Positions 20,654 to 31,253 are shown, counted from the first letter of the stretch. The stretch: 56,188 nt of DNA from Paludibacter sp. (GCA_020049515.1 JAIFKQ010000054.1:1-56188); one strand, 5' to 3'. Numbers and translations: made by a program. Notes: a model not told the origin generated them from the letters alone.

Positions 20654-21472
20654 ATGTCGATACATAGCGAAGATACAAGAAGAGTTACCACACAACGATT
20701 ATTAGAGATGAAACATCGTGGAGAAAAAATCAGCATGCTTACCGCCTACGACTATACTATGGGTAGAATTGTTGATGAAGGTGGCATAGACATCATATTG
20801 GTTGGCGATTCTGCGTCAAATGTAATGTGTGGAAATTCAACCACTTTGCCAATAACGCTTGATCAGATGATATTTCTAGCAAAATCGGTTGTAAGAGGTG
20901 TAAAACGGGCTATGGTAGTTGTGGATATGCCATTTGGAAGTTATCAAGGAAATTCAAAAGAAGCACTTGCTTCGGCAATTCGCATAATGAAGGAAACCCA
21001 TGGAGATTGCCTTAAGCTGGAAGGTGGTGAAGAAATCCTAGAATCTGTAAAGCGAATTTTGAGTGCAGGAATACCAGTAATGGGTCATTTAGGATTGATG
21101 CCTCAATCTATCAATAAGTATGGTTCGTATGCTGTAAGGGCAAAAGAGGACATGGAGGCAGAAAAATTGATACGGGATGCGCATCTATTGGAGGAAGCAG
21201 GATGTTTTGCATTGGTGCTCGAAAAAATTCCTGCTTCTTTGGCTCAGCGGGTAGCCTCCGAGCTTACTATTCCTGTTATTGGCATTGGTGCTGGCCGAGG
21301 TGTGGATGGTCAAGTATTGGTATTGCACGATATGATTGGACTCAATCAGAATTTTTCGCCTCGCTTTCTTCGTCGCTATGCCAATTTGCAAAGTATTATG
21401 AATGAGGCAATAGAACATTATGTAGCAGATGTAAAGTCTGGTGATTTTCCAAATTTGAAAGAACAATATTGA
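20654..21472 (+). CDS. panB: 3-methyl-2-oxobutanoate hydroxymethyltransferase
   Basis: [32 protein letters not shown] and IGIGAG. Promoter TACCTTTG at 20621-20628. Confidence 0.97.
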   Translation: MSIHSEDTRRVTTQRLLEMKHRGEKISMLTAYDYTMGRIVDEGGIDIILVGDSASNVMCGNSTTLPITLDQMIFLAKSVVRGVKRAMVVVDMPFGSYQGNSKEALASAIRIMKETHGDCLKLEGGEEILESVKRILSAGIPVMGHLGLMPQSINKYGSYAVRAKEDMEAEKLIRDAHLLEEAGCFALVLEKIPASLAQRVASELTIPVIGIGAGRGVDGQVLVLHDMIGLNQNFSPRFLRRYANLQSIMNEAIEHYVADVKSGDFPNLKEQY

Positions 21473-21524
21473 CATTGTCGAAAGACTAAATTCAAAGGTC
21501 AATAGTATTTTATCAAAAAAAACG

Positions 21525-21586
21525 AAGGTCAAAAGTAAAGGTTTTTCTACCTTATACTTTTGACCTTTGTCATTTGACCTTTGTCA
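21525..21586. terminator. Hairpin plus heptamer repeats between convergent panB and yebC
   Basis: AAGGTCAAAAGTA (21525-37) pairs with TACTTTTGACCTT (21555-67); TTTGACC/TTTGTCA tandem units. Confidence 0.55.
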
Positions 21587-21594
21587 GGTTATGT

Positions 21595-22308
21595 TTATTC
21601 TACCATGTTGTGAAAAACATTTTGTACATCTTCGTCATCTTCAATTTTGTCCAACAACTTATTTACTTGTGCTTTTTGTTCTTCGTTTAGTTCTTTCATA
21701 TCGTTTGGAATGCGCTCAAATTCGGCACTAAAAATTTCAAATCCATTTTCTTCCAAGTACTTCTGAATAGATGAATAAGATTGGAATTCGCCATATAATA
21801 CTATACCATCTTCGTCATCAGCCAATTCATCCACACCAAAATCAATCAATTCCAATTCTAAGTCTTCGAGTGATACGTTAGGTTTAGCTGCTATTTTGAA
21901 AACACATTTATGGTCAAAAATAAACTGTAAACATCCCGACGTACCAAGTGAGCCTCCATTACGGGTTAAGTAGCTTCGGATATTAGCTACAGTTCGTGTA
22001 GGATTATCTGTTGCCGTTTCTATAACTATTGCAATACCATTTGGACCGTAGCCCTCGTAAACCATTTCTTTGTAATCTGCCTCATCCCTCGACACTGCTT
22101 TTTTGATGGCTCTATCAACTGTTTCTTTGGGCATGTTCTCCTTTTTTGAAGTTTGAATTAGCACCCTCAACCGTGGATTTGTATCTGGATCTGGCCCACT
22201 TTCACGAACCGCAATTGTTATTTGTTTTCCCAGTTTAGTAAAAACGCGTGCCATATTGCCCCAGCGTTTCATTTTTGTTGCTTTTCGATATTCGAACGCT
22301 CTTCCCAT
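21595..22308 (-). CDS. yebC: YebC/PmpR family protein
   Basis: MGRAFEYRK, NPRLR, YEGYGPNG, TDNPTRT and EDDEDVQNVFHN. Confidence 0.95.
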   Translation of the reverse strand: MGRAFEYRKATKMKRWGNMARVFTKLGKQITIAVRESGPDPDTNPRLRVLIQTSKKENMPKETVDRAIKKAVSRDEADYKEMVYEGYGPNGIAIVIETATDNPTRTVANIRSYLTRNGGSLGTSGCLQFIFDHKCVFKIAAKPNVSLEDLELELIDFGVDELADDEDGIVLYGEFQSYSSIQKYLEENGFEIFSAEFERIPNDMKELNEEQKAQVNKLLDKIEDDEDVQNVFHNMVE

Positions 22309-22604
22309 GATTATTTATTTATAATTTTGTAATTTATGACTTATATTTTTGTCATTGACATTGTTGCAATTAAACTTTTTTTTTAATGCAAATAAAAAAG
22401 TAACCAGAAAAGAAAGTTGAAAAACATCACAAGTAGAAATGTATTCATGTAAAAAGGTTCTTGCAACTTGTTGAATTTCGTTTTTTAATGCATTAAAAAA
22501 ACTTTTTGGAAGTAGTTTCTTGAAAAAACTTGTACTTCTGAATTCGTTCGCAAAAGTATTAAAACCGTTGCAAACAACAATCATTTTTTTGAGTTTTTTC
22601 AAAT

Positions 22605-22636
22605 AAAAAAGGGAGTTGCATATACAACTCCCTTTT
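22605..22636 (-). terminator. Terminator after barrel-OmpA gene 1
   Basis: AAAAGGGAGTTG...CAACTCCCTTTT. Confidence 0.8.
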
Positions 22637-22651
22637 AAATAATCATTTAGT

Positions 22652-25129
22652 TTATTCGAATGTAGTTTCTTCAAATGTTACTACAAATTCTACACGTCTG
22701 TTTTTAGCTTTTCCAGCAGTGTTTTTATTACTTGCTACTGGTACTGAGTCACCAAATCCTTTTGAAGTCATTCGTTTCTCTGTTACGCCTTTACCAATCA
22801 GATAATCTCTAACTGAAGCCGCACGTTTATCAGAAAGCACTAAATTAGAAGCAGGATTACCAACATTGTCTGTATGGCCTTGAATCTCTATTAAATAAGT
22901 TGGATTAGCAACCAATACTTCAGCAATTTGATTCAAAATAGTGAACGAAGCTGGCTTAATAACTGATTTTCCAGATTCGAATTGAATTCCTTGCAATGCT
23001 TTTTGGAATAATTTTCTCACTTCTTTCTTCACTTCAGGACAGCCTTTATTAGATACTACCCCTGGTACTTTAGGACAATTATCTAAATAATCCATAATGC
23101 CATCGGAATCAGTATCTCTTGGACAACCTTTTTCGTCAACCATACCGCGAGCTTCTTTAGGAGTATCAGGACATTTATCCAAATAATCTTCAACACCATC
23201 GCCATCAGTATCTTGAGTACAACCATTTTTGTTTACAAAAGAGCGTGCTTCAATTGGTGTTCCAGGACATAAGTCAAGATAATCAGCTACTCCATCAGAG
23301 TCAGAATCTAAAGGACAACCATTTTTATCAACCATTCCACGTGCTTGAGCTAGGGTGCCCGGGCAAAGATCAAGATAATCGGCAACACTGTCACCATCAG
23401 AATCTAGCGGACATCCTATTGAGTCAACAACCACACCCTGAGGAGTATTGGCACATTTATCAAGATAATCGTAAACGCCATCTTTGTCTGTATCGAGTGA
23501 GCAGCCTGCTTTATCAATAAATCCGATAGATGCAATAGGTGTATCAGGACATTTATCTAAATAATCTGGCACACTATCATTATCACTATCAAGCGGACAG
23601 CCTGTCATGTCAATTTTATCGTAAGCCTCTTTTGGTGTGTTAGGACATTTATCAAGATAATCTGGCACACCATCGCCATCATTGTCAACAGGACAACCTT
23701 TTTTATCAACAATTACGCTAAATGGAGTTTCTGGACATTTGTCTTTTCTATCTACAATACCGTCTTTGTCTGCATCTTTTCTGTTTCCAAGCACTAAATT
23801 AACACCTAAAGCTAAGTTAAAAGCTTTGGTGTTGTAAGGAATTGGGTAAGATGGTAAGATGGTTTTTGAATAAGAAAGAGGCAAATAATCGGCTGATAAA
23901 AACCAGTTTAAAACGCCAGTTCTTATGCCCAATCCTGCACCAATATTGCTTGATCTACCATTCATTACAGAATAAGAAACTGACATGTTAAACCAGTCAA
24001 TTGGACGACCGTTTATAGAGGCAGTAAATTCTTGTAAAGGTATTTTTTTATAGATTGTGGTTCTTGAAAGTAACCCCAAACTTAATTTATTTTCAAAGAA
24101 ACAATACTCTGCACCCAAATTTATTTTGGGAGAGATAGTAGTGCTGTAGCCTTCGTTATAAGTATCAAGAGATGCATTTTTATCACCAATTTGATTGTTA
24201 ATTGTATCTAAATTAGTACTAGTAGTTGCATAGTTTATAGCGTAACTAACATTTCCTGGATTATTTTTCCAATTAATCACGCCTAAGTCGGTAACTGCGG
24301 CTGACAAATTAAGAGCTTTAGTTGGTTTATACACAAAACCTAAATCGGCACCATAGCCTATCCCTGCAGGTTTAGCAAGATCGAGTATTGATGATGGCAT
24401 AGAGATTGTGTTGCCATTAATGAGTAGTCCAGATGATGTATTAAGTTCACCTTGGCCAACAATTTTTCTTGTAGTGCCATCAAAAGAATAATTTAATTCA
24501 CTGTTTTTGAATGATAAATTGGCATTACCATACAAGAACTTCAACTTAACACCATAAGCCCATTTATCATTTACTTGCTTGGAGTAACCCAAACCAGCTT
24601 CGGTATAAGACGTAAAATCAAATCCAAATGTAGGGAAATCATACATTTTGGATTCCTCTTTTCCAGCATTCAATTCTGTCAACAGAGTAAATATATCTTT
24701 TGGCAGACCAATATTGGCGTTCAACCTTTGGTTTAAAGAAAAATTCCAATAAGCTCGGCCTGTTTTAAAACCAAAATCCAGTAAGTTTATTTGAAAATCT
24801 GTGCCTACTACAGTTGTTGGTTTAAGAGCATCAAGGGCAGCTTGTACTTTAGCTGTTTTATCTGTAATGTAAATTGGATTTCCGCTCGCATTATTGAAAT
24901 ACACATCTTTTAATGACAGTGAATTATTACCAACTCCAAACTGAGTAAAACCTAGCACTGGCAGACCGAAGTAGAATTTACTAAGTGGCTGAAAAGCAGG
25001 GTTCAAAGAATTTCGAACTGGAACGTTTTCCATGAAATACAAGGTATTAACTTGCTGGGCAGAGGTAGAAAGTGTAGCTATAAAAAAGCAAAAAGCGATT
25101 AAGAATTTGTAATGTTTGTTCAGTTCCAT
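22652..25129 (-). CDS. Outer-membrane protein: DUF5723-like beta-barrel + 8 TSP3-like Ca-binding repeats + OmpA_C peptidoglycan-binding domain (copy 1)
   Basis: SPI signal, AQQ...LNPAFQP, amphipathic beta-strands, DxDxDGVxDYLDxCP repeats, IQGHTDNVG, LSDKRA and NRRVEF. Confidence 0.85.
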   Translation of the reverse strand: MELNKHYKFLIAFCFFIATLSTSAQQVNTLYFMENVPVRNSLNPAFQPLSKFYFGLPVLGFTQFGVGNNSLSLKDVYFNNASGNPIYITDKTAKVQAALDALKPTTVVGTDFQINLLDFGFKTGRAYWNFSLNQRLNANIGLPKDIFTLLTELNAGKEESKMYDFPTFGFDFTSYTEAGLGYSKQVNDKWAYGVKLKFLYGNANLSFKNSELNYSFDGTTRKIVGQGELNTSSGLLINGNTISMPSSILDLAKPAGIGYGADLGFVYKPTKALNLSAAVTDLGVINWKNNPGNVSYAINYATTSTNLDTINNQIGDKNASLDTYNEGYSTTISPKINLGAEYCFFENKLSLGLLSRTTIYKKIPLQEFTASINGRPIDWFNMSVSYSVMNGRSSNIGAGLGIRTGVLNWFLSADYLPLSYSKTILPSYPIPYNTKAFNLALGVNLVLGNRKDADKDGIVDRKDKCPETPFSVIVDKKGCPVDNDGDGVPDYLDKCPNTPKEAYDKIDMTGCPLDSDNDSVPDYLDKCPDTPIASIGFIDKAGCSLDTDKDGVYDYLDKCANTPQGVVVDSIGCPLDSDGDSVADYLDLCPGTLAQARGMVDKNGCPLDSDSDGVADYLDLCPGTPIEARSFVNKNGCTQDTDGDGVEDYLDKCPDTPKEARGMVDEKGCPRDTDSDGIMDYLDNCPKVPGVVSNKGCPEVKKEVRKLFQKALQGIQFESGKSVIKPASFTILNQIAEVLVANPTYLIEIQGHTDNVGNPASNLVLSDKRAASVRDYLIGKGVTEKRMTSKGFGDSVPVASNKNTAGKAKNRRVEFVVTFEETTFE

Positions 25130-25200
25130 ATTTTAACGATATTAATGAATAATTTTTGAGGAAATCTCTCACAAAATAAATAAGACTACAGCCTAACTTT

Positions 25201-25234
25201 AAAAAAAAGCTGGTTCAAAAATAATTGAACCAGC
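25201..25234 (-). terminator. Terminator between the small lipoprotein and barrel-OmpA gene 1
   Basis: GCTGGTTCAA/TTGAACCAGC stem followed by T8 on the minus strand. Confidence 0.75.
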
Positions 25235-25247
25235 CTATTTGAGTTAA

Positions 25248-25817
25248 CTAGTCAAGCTTAATCAGCTGTATTTTAGACAGATAGTCATAAGTCATTTTTA
25301 TTTTTGTGGCTACACTTGGTACCTTTGGATTTCTAATTGTGATCTTAATGCTTTCCTTGCCCTTGATACTTTCCAAAATGCTTGGTGTCTTAATTGACAA
25401 TTTAATATAGCCAAATTGCGCATAAAGAGCAACTATACCTTCAGCATTCTCTTCAGCTATCAACACATCATCTATATACATTTTGACACCTTTAAAATCA
25501 CTAATATTACCACCATCTGGCATATAAAACAGAACATCAGTTACTTCCATTCCGGTCATGTTATCCATAGATAAACTGTTTTTAGTTAGCTCGGCTTTTA
25601 CAAAATCAATTGATTGGGTAGTTTCGTAAATAACAGGATCTAAATTAGTTGCAGAGGCAACTTTGCTAACCGAAGCTACTACTGGAGCAGTCGTGGTAAA
25701 TTCAATAGCTGGAGCTGTACCTTTTATTTCTTGGGTAGTAGCATCTGCTAACGCATCGCAAGAGCTTAATACTAGCAAACATGCGGATACAAAGGATAAA
25801 AATTTAATTGTTCTCAT
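25248..25817 (-). CDS. Hypothetical lipoprotein (189 aa)
   Basis: MRTIKFLSFVSACLLVLSS-C SPII signal, Ala/Thr-rich linker and beta-rich body. The upstream ORF extension runs through a microsatellite. Confidence 0.8.
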   Translation of the reverse strand: MRTIKFLSFVSACLLVLSSCDALADATTQEIKGTAPAIEFTTTAPVVASVSKVASATNLDPVIYETTQSIDFVKAELTKNSLSMDNMTGMEVTDVLFYMPDGGNISDFKGVKMYIDDVLIAEENAEGIVALYAQFGYIKLSIKTPSILESIKGKESIKITIRNPKVPSVATKIKMTYDYLSKIQLIKLD

Positions 25818-25836
25818 AATCTTTTTTTGATGTTTA

Positions 25837-25899
25837 ATTATTATTATTATTATTATTGATATTATTATTGATATTATTATTGATATTATTATTGATATT
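25837..25899. repeat. Microsatellite/VNTR (ATT)4 + (ATTATTATTGAT)4
   Basis: Read directly from the sequence; 20 nt upstream of the lipoprotein ATG. Confidence 0.9.
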
Positions 25900-26218
25900 C
25901 TTTTGAATTGAATGAAAAAAACCAAATTTTGGATTTGTTGAAATTTCGAAAAGAAACTAAACTTTGTATTGTTTATACTAAACAAAATTAACTAAGAATA
26001 TATAAATAGTAAATTGAAACTAGTAACATTTCAAATTCAAAAATTGTTTAGCATAATGAAAAAAAAAATATATGAATTTTCAAAACAACCACCAATTCTA
26101 AGGTTGGCATTTAACAATCAATAAAAAAGCAAATCAATATGAATAACATCTATAATTGAAAATTGTTTTATTGAAAAGAAAAAAAAATCAAAAAATACGT
26201 TCATTATTTTGAAAATAT

Positions 26219-28798
26219 TTATTCAAAGGTAGTTTCTTCAAAGGTAACTACAAATTCGACACGTCTGTTTTTAGCTTTTCCAGCTGTGGTTTTATTACTA
26301 GCCACTGGCAATGAGTCACCAAATCCTTTTGAAGTCATTCGTTTCTCTGTTACGCCTTTACCTACGAGATAATCTCTAACTGCAGCTGCCCGTTTATTGG
26401 AAAGCATTAAATTAGAAGCAGGATTACCAACATTGTCAGTATGTCCTTGTATCTCTATTAAATAAGTTGGATTGGCAACTAATACTTCGGCAATTTGCTT
26501 TAAAATAGTGAATGATGCTGGTTTAATAACTGATTTTCCTGTTTCAAATTGAATTCCTTGCAATGCCTTTTGGAGCAATTTTTTCACTTCTTTCTTCACT
26601 TCAGGACAACCATTATTGGATGCTAGACCTGCAATTTTTAAGCAATTATCTAAATAATCCATAACGCCATCTCCATCAGTATCTTTTGGACAGCCTTTTT
26701 CATCAACCATTCGACGAACTTCTTTGGGAGTTTCTGGACATTTATCTAAATAATCTTCTACACCGTCTTCATCAGTATCTAGTGTGCAACCATCTTTGTT
26801 TACAAATAGTCGCGCTTCAATTGGTGTTCCAGAACATAAGTCGAGGTAATCGGCTACTCCGTCAGAGTCAGAATCTAAAGGACAACCATTTTTATCAACC
26901 ATTCCACGTGCTTGAACAACAGTAGCGGGGCAAAGATCAAGATAATCGGCAACGCTGTCTCCATCAGAATCTAGCGGACAACCTTTTGAATCAACAATTA
27001 CACCTTGAGGAGTATTGGCACATATATCAAGATAATCGTAAACGCTATCTTTATCTGTATCAAGTGAGCATCCTTCTCTATCCACAAATCCGATAGAGGC
27101 AATAGGCGTATCGAGGCATTTATCCAAATAATCTGGTACGCTATCATTATCACTATCAAGTGGACAACCTGTCATGTCAATTTTATCGTAAGCTTCTTTT
27201 GGTGTGTTAGGACATTTATCAAGATAATCTGGCACTCCATCGCCATCATTATCAACAGGACAGCCTTTTTTGTCAACCAATACACTCATTGGAGTTTCAG
27301 GACAATTATCTTTTCTATCCACCACGCCGTCTTTATCAGCATCTTTTCTATTTCCAATAACAATATTTACACCAACAGCAAAATTCATTCTATTTCGATT
27401 ATATGCAATTGGAATATTCCAATTTTGTAGAAAGGTGGGTAAAGTAACGCCTAAAGTGTCTGAAATGCTTTTAATCGGATATTTTGCATTGCTTAATGAT
27501 AAGTAATCGGCTGTAAAAAACCAATGTGTAATGTCTGTTCTAAGTCCAATACCAAGTCCAATATTACTCATTCTGCCACTCATTGCAGAATAAGAAACAG
27601 ACATATTGAACCAATCAATTGGTTTAATATTAATGGAACCAGTAAGCTCACCATATAAATTAGCATTTTTAAGCATACTGCTAGAGAGTAATCCCAATGT
27701 CAGTTTATTGTTGAGAAAACCATATTCAACTCCAAGATTTAACCTTGGAGAAGTGTAACTAGTATATGCATTTTCAACCCCTACTGTTTCTTTAAGTGAC
27801 TTTTTAGCTAATATAATTAGTGTATCTATCTTATTGTCAAAGACAGTTTCCAATGTTAAACTATCAAATCCTGTGTAAACATATTTGATGTTATAATCAA
27901 TTTCTTTAATATTTTTTGTCCATCGAATCATTCCTAAATCATTAACCGCAGCAGAAATTGATAATCTCTTTGTTGGTTTAAAAAGAAAACCGAAATCTAC
28001 TCCTCCCCCAATTCCTGAAGGTTTGAAGAAATCTGTTTTAGGAGGAATAACGGGATTAAAATTTAACAAACTATTTCCATTCAAGTCAATTGGAGATGAA
28101 TAATTGAAATTTCCATTTATATCAAAGTCCCATGAATTAATTCCCGCTTCTAAAGTTGCAATTTTATTATTCATGGACATATTTGCTTGCCCGTACAGAA
28201 ATTTAACTTTTGCTCCGTAAGACCATTTATCATTCACTTTTTTGGAATAACCCAAACCAGCCTCTGTGTATATTGACATATCAAAACCAAGCGTAGTAAA
28301 ATCGTAATCATTTCGAAATCCTGGTTGTGATAAGTCATTAGTACCATAAGTCAAAATTCGCATCAAATCTATAGGAAGATTCATACTTCCATCAAATTTC
28401 TGAGTCAACGAAAAGTTCCAATATGAATTGCCTGTACGGAAACCAACATCTAACAAATTTAACTGTAAATTACTACTAATTAACGTATTAGGTTTTAAAG
28501 CATTAATAAACCTAGGTTTATCGCCATTTTTATTAGCAAATAAAATAGGTTTTCCGTTTGGTCCATTCCATAACATATCCTTGAGAGCGAAAGAGTTATT
28601 GCCTAAACCAAATTGAGTAAACCCAACTATAGGAAAGCCAAGATAAAAATTACTTTCGGGCTGGAAAGCGGGATTCAATGTATTGCGAAGAGGCACATTG
28701 TCCATAAAGTACATTGTATTTACTTGCTGTGCATTTACTTTAAAAATAGAGGTGATTAGCAAGGAAGCAAAAACTACATTACGTATATTTATTTTCAT
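26219..28798 (-). CDS. Outer-membrane protein: DUF5723-like beta-barrel + 8 TSP3-like repeats + OmpA_C (copy 2)
   Basis: Same architecture as copy 1: NAQQVNTMYFMDNVPLRNTLNPAFQP and the identical C-terminus NRRVEFVVTFEETTFE. Confidence 0.85.
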   Translation of the reverse strand: MKINIRNVVFASLLITSIFKVNAQQVNTMYFMDNVPLRNTLNPAFQPESNFYLGFPIVGFTQFGLGNNSFALKDMLWNGPNGKPILFANKNGDKPRFINALKPNTLISSNLQLNLLDVGFRTGNSYWNFSLTQKFDGSMNLPIDLMRILTYGTNDLSQPGFRNDYDFTTLGFDMSIYTEAGLGYSKKVNDKWSYGAKVKFLYGQANMSMNNKIATLEAGINSWDFDINGNFNYSSPIDLNGNSLLNFNPVIPPKTDFFKPSGIGGGVDFGFLFKPTKRLSISAAVNDLGMIRWTKNIKEIDYNIKYVYTGFDSLTLETVFDNKIDTLIILAKKSLKETVGVENAYTSYTSPRLNLGVEYGFLNNKLTLGLLSSSMLKNANLYGELTGSINIKPIDWFNMSVSYSAMSGRMSNIGLGIGLRTDITHWFFTADYLSLSNAKYPIKSISDTLGVTLPTFLQNWNIPIAYNRNRMNFAVGVNIVIGNRKDADKDGVVDRKDNCPETPMSVLVDKKGCPVDNDGDGVPDYLDKCPNTPKEAYDKIDMTGCPLDSDNDSVPDYLDKCLDTPIASIGFVDREGCSLDTDKDSVYDYLDICANTPQGVIVDSKGCPLDSDGDSVADYLDLCPATVVQARGMVDKNGCPLDSDSDGVADYLDLCSGTPIEARLFVNKDGCTLDTDEDGVEDYLDKCPETPKEVRRMVDEKGCPKDTDGDGVMDYLDNCLKIAGLASNNGCPEVKKEVKKLLQKALQGIQFETGKSVIKPASFTILKQIAEVLVANPTYLIEIQGHTDNVGNPASNLMLSNKRAAAVRDYLVGKGVTEKRMTSKGFGDSLPVASNKTTAGKAKNRRVEFVVTFEETTFE

Positions 28799-29080
28799 AA
28801 ATTTATTCGTTTAATTATAATGACTATCATCTTGTGTAAGCCAATTTATTCATTCATCAATTTTCAATACTTGCAAGTAGTAACCTAAGGACTAATTTTC
28901 ACAAAAATTCTCTCTGTTGAATTTGGCCCAATACTTACAATGTTAATTTTACAAGCAATCCTGTCAATTATAATAATATGAATATCATCTTGTATTTTCG
29001 GTATTCCCAATTGCACTCTGTTTACTTCGAATAACTATATGTTCTTCGGCATGTAAGGAGCATTTTAAACTAAAACAGTC

Positions 29081-29127
29081 AAATAAATCCAGCGAATTTT
29101 GATACTAGAATATAAAAAACGCTGGAT
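29081..29127 (-). terminator. Hairpin/terminator after the large lipoprotein
   Basis: ATCCAGCG...CGCTGGAT stem followed by TTATTT on the minus strand. Confidence 0.55.
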
Positions 29128-29146
29128 GCAAAAGGCAGCAGTAAGT

Positions 29147-30847
29147 TTAATTATTTAGCAAATCAAGCGTAGTGTCAGTTTTTACAAAAACCCCCAATTT
29201 AACCTTAAAAAAATCCTTAGTTGTAAAATACATAAATCTGTTATTGTTTTCATCTTTATCCTCGCTATAAAGCTTAATAATATATTCCATTTTCCGAGCG
29301 GACTTGAGTGATGCTATTCTTGATGGAGTCAACGCAACTTCGTGTGGCTGAGAAGTATATAATTTCGTATGATCAACTAATCCAATACCTCTTCCATCAA
29401 AAATTGGTGGATTAATTGTAAAAGTTGTATCATTAATCGGATTGCCAAGTGCATCTATAATTCGGTTGCCTTGCGCATCCAGAAATCGAACAACTAAATC
29501 AATTTTACTTGGCATTCCATTCATAACATCTAAAACCAAAGAACCCTTTGTTATACCATTGAAGGCATTACTAGCAATAGCTATAGATCCATTATACTCA
29601 AAACTATCTTTAATTTGCAACGGCACTTGAATTTTAACATTAGCCTTAACATACATATTTGGAATAATAAACATGGGGCTTCCTGTTTTATCTAATGTAG
29701 AATCGTTCACTACTGAAAATTTGTACTTGAGCGAGTCCCGTTGTAATGAATTATCAAAAAGCTTATTAGTATTTCCATAATCTTTATCCAATCTTATTAA
29801 TTGATTATGAACAATCTCACCTGGCGTAACAGCTCTTTCTTTCAAATACTCGTGCGTGTATATATTTCCATTAAATAATGCCCAAATATCATTTGAGGGT
29901 TGATTAAAACTAAATGCCTTTACATAATTAATATCAAATTTCATGCATGAACCAACATTACTCTCAACATCAAAGATTGCTCTTGGGTCGGCAAAACGCA
30001 AACCTTCGGGAATGGTAGAAAGCATGTCTAAAGGTACTGTAAGCTCTCTAGATGACATAGAAGTAAGTTTAAATTTACCATAAGCGACATTATAAATAAT
30101 ACTTTTTACATCCAATTCAATCTTTAATTTAGATGTAGGTTTTACTGTCATATCTTTCAATGCTGTTATTCGAAAATAAATTGGCAGTCCCACTTTATGG
30201 CTTGTATTGATCATAAACTTACTAATATCTAGTTCTTTTACTTCACCAAATACCGTAAGAGGCACATCTAAGTAATAACCCTTAATTCCATCTTTGGTAA
30301 TTTCTGGGAACACAATTTTAATGTTCAAATCGGCAGGTTGGATTGGAAAATCTGTATTTGTTACTTTTACACTTAATGTTGCTATTTCAACATCAACTTT
30401 ATCTACTCGGATTGATTCGGTAGCCTTATTAAAACCTAAATCAATTAAAAAATCATTATTTGAGATGGGTAATAAACTATCCTTTTGAATGATAACTGGG
30501 GATGTAAGAGAAGTAAAACCTACATAAAAAGGAGTTATATTCTTATTTTTCAGTGGATCCCAATCAGGAATGTTATAACGCTTATCTAATTCAACGGAAA
30601 AGAAAACAGCACTTGTAATAGGGTCATTTAAATCAGCGCCCGTAGTGACATATTTACTATTAACAGAATCTAATTGCAGAAGTAACTTATTTACAGTTAC
30701 ATTAGCTTCGCCTAACGGAAATACAAGAGATTGGTCAAACTGAACTGTGCCATCCACTTTACTTAAATCAATTCCTGGATCACAAGAAAAGAACAGTGCT
30801 ATAACCCACAAAAAGGTTATAGATTTTAGAAATGTGTGCTTTTTCAT
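29147..30847 (-). CDS. Hypothetical beta-rich lipoprotein (566 aa)
   Basis: MKKHTFLKSITFLWVIALFFS-CDPGID SPII signal. Promoter TATCTTTG at 30979-30986. Confidence 0.85.
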   Translation of the reverse strand: MKKHTFLKSITFLWVIALFFSCDPGIDLSKVDGTVQFDQSLVFPLGEANVTVNKLLLQLDSVNSKYVTTGADLNDPITSAVFFSVELDKRYNIPDWDPLKNKNITPFYVGFTSLTSPVIIQKDSLLPISNNDFLIDLGFNKATESIRVDKVDVEIATLSVKVTNTDFPIQPADLNIKIVFPEITKDGIKGYYLDVPLTVFGEVKELDISKFMINTSHKVGLPIYFRITALKDMTVKPTSKLKIELDVKSIIYNVAYGKFKLTSMSSRELTVPLDMLSTIPEGLRFADPRAIFDVESNVGSCMKFDINYVKAFSFNQPSNDIWALFNGNIYTHEYLKERAVTPGEIVHNQLIRLDKDYGNTNKLFDNSLQRDSLKYKFSVVNDSTLDKTGSPMFIIPNMYVKANVKIQVPLQIKDSFEYNGSIAIASNAFNGITKGSLVLDVMNGMPSKIDLVVRFLDAQGNRIIDALGNPINDTTFTINPPIFDGRGIGLVDHTKLYTSQPHEVALTPSRIASLKSARKMEYIIKLYSEDKDENNNRFMYFTTKDFFKVKLGVFVKTDTTLDLLNN

Positions 30848-31253
30848 AAAGATGTTTTTTTTTAGATAAATAATTATTCCAATACTACACTTCAATATTT
30901 TCAAATAATTAGCAAAATATTTCTATCCAATAAAAATTTTTATTATTCAATATATACTATAATGATATATTGTTGAGGCAAAGATAAGAACTTTATATAT
31001 TGGTTGTTTCCTTTTCGCACAAAAACAACTTAAAAAAAATAATAATTTTAGTAAAGACTTTTCAACAAAGTATTATTTACTATTAAATTTGATATTTGAA
31101 TTTTTATATACTCTTTGTTTTAGGGGCTATTCATATACTAATAAAGAAATAAAACTAATTTGGATGACATTTTCGAAGGTAAAAAGTTCACTAAAACCAA
31201 TTTTAACTCAATAATTATAACCAACAGTGAAAGAGCCTAATAGCATAATTTAT

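Noticed and set aside
22315-22674. 119-aa minus-strand ORF
   Set aside because: It overlaps the OmpA gene stop, its terminator and the yebC promoter; the sequence is low-complexity and AT-rich with no motif.
23040-23790. Periodic ~90-96 bp repeats resembling a CRISPR array or DGR repeats
   Set aside because: They are in-frame TSP3 coding repeats, and no cas or reverse transcriptase gene is present.
25818-25985. N-terminal extension IIISIIISIIIS of the lipoprotein ORF
   Set aside because: It is a translation of the microsatellite; the signal peptide starts at 25817.
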